From a virus (taxonomy: Duplodnaviria; Caudoviricetes), in the IMG/VR virus record IMGVR_UViG_3300027896_000056, positions 1-54,075 of that record: 54,075 bases of DNA, one strand, 5' to 3'. Positions 54,054 to 54,075 of this stretch are shown here, in pieces. The notes under the pieces are model-generated. The model saw only the letters and a program-made list of their open reading frames with translations. It had not been told where the DNA came from and did no database searches. The position numbers and the translations under genes were made by a program. Positions within the stretch are counted from its first letter, which is position 1, and each line of letters opens with the position of its first letter.

Positions 54054-54075
54054 TGCCTTCTCCTTTCTGTGTATT

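Noticed and set aside
1-54075. CRISPR array or cas genes
   Set aside because: No regularly spaced 25-45 bp repeats seen. The array junction repeats are ~15 bp and separated by whole ORFs.
1-54075. Stop-codon reassignment
   Set aside because: Known genes are full length in code 11, TAA/TGA/TAG all terminate genes, and no suppressor tRNA was found.

Overview
A 54-kb segment of a large (jumbo-type) dsDNA phage genome, probably infecting a Gram-negative host (it encodes lipoproteins and an outer-membrane beta-barrel). It uses the standard genetic code. Genes run mostly on + from 1 to 40.5 kb and on - from 40.5 kb to the end. Recognisable genes: ATP-dependent DNA ligase, a proteostasis module (ClpX, Hsp20, ClpS, ClpP), a TOPRIM protein, two glycosyltransferases, three metallophosphoesterase-fold proteins (one apparently catalytically dead), dCMP deaminase, IF-1, Fe/Mn SOD, a 5'-nucleotidase, a deaminase-kinase fusion, a GNAT, two fibre-like proteins, a papain-like peptidase, a SleB-type hydrolase, an HD alarmone hydrolase, PTH2, three GIY-YIG endonucleases and six tRNAs. 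Both sigma70-type (GGTTGACA-N17-TAnnnT) and T4-late-like (ATAAATA) promoters occur. Highlights: (i) a translationally coupled array of 10 divergent microproteins sharing a C-terminal F-x-L-(R/K)-(W/Y)-(S/L) motif whose codons double as the next gene's RBS; (ii) a cluster of late enzymes carrying T4-like capsid-targeting N-termini; (iii) an ~820-nt GNRA-rich (GOLLD-like) RNA plus several other ncRNA candidates in the tRNA region; (iv) a covarying RNA leader shared by two GIY-YIG genes. All calls come from manual motif reading, not database searches.
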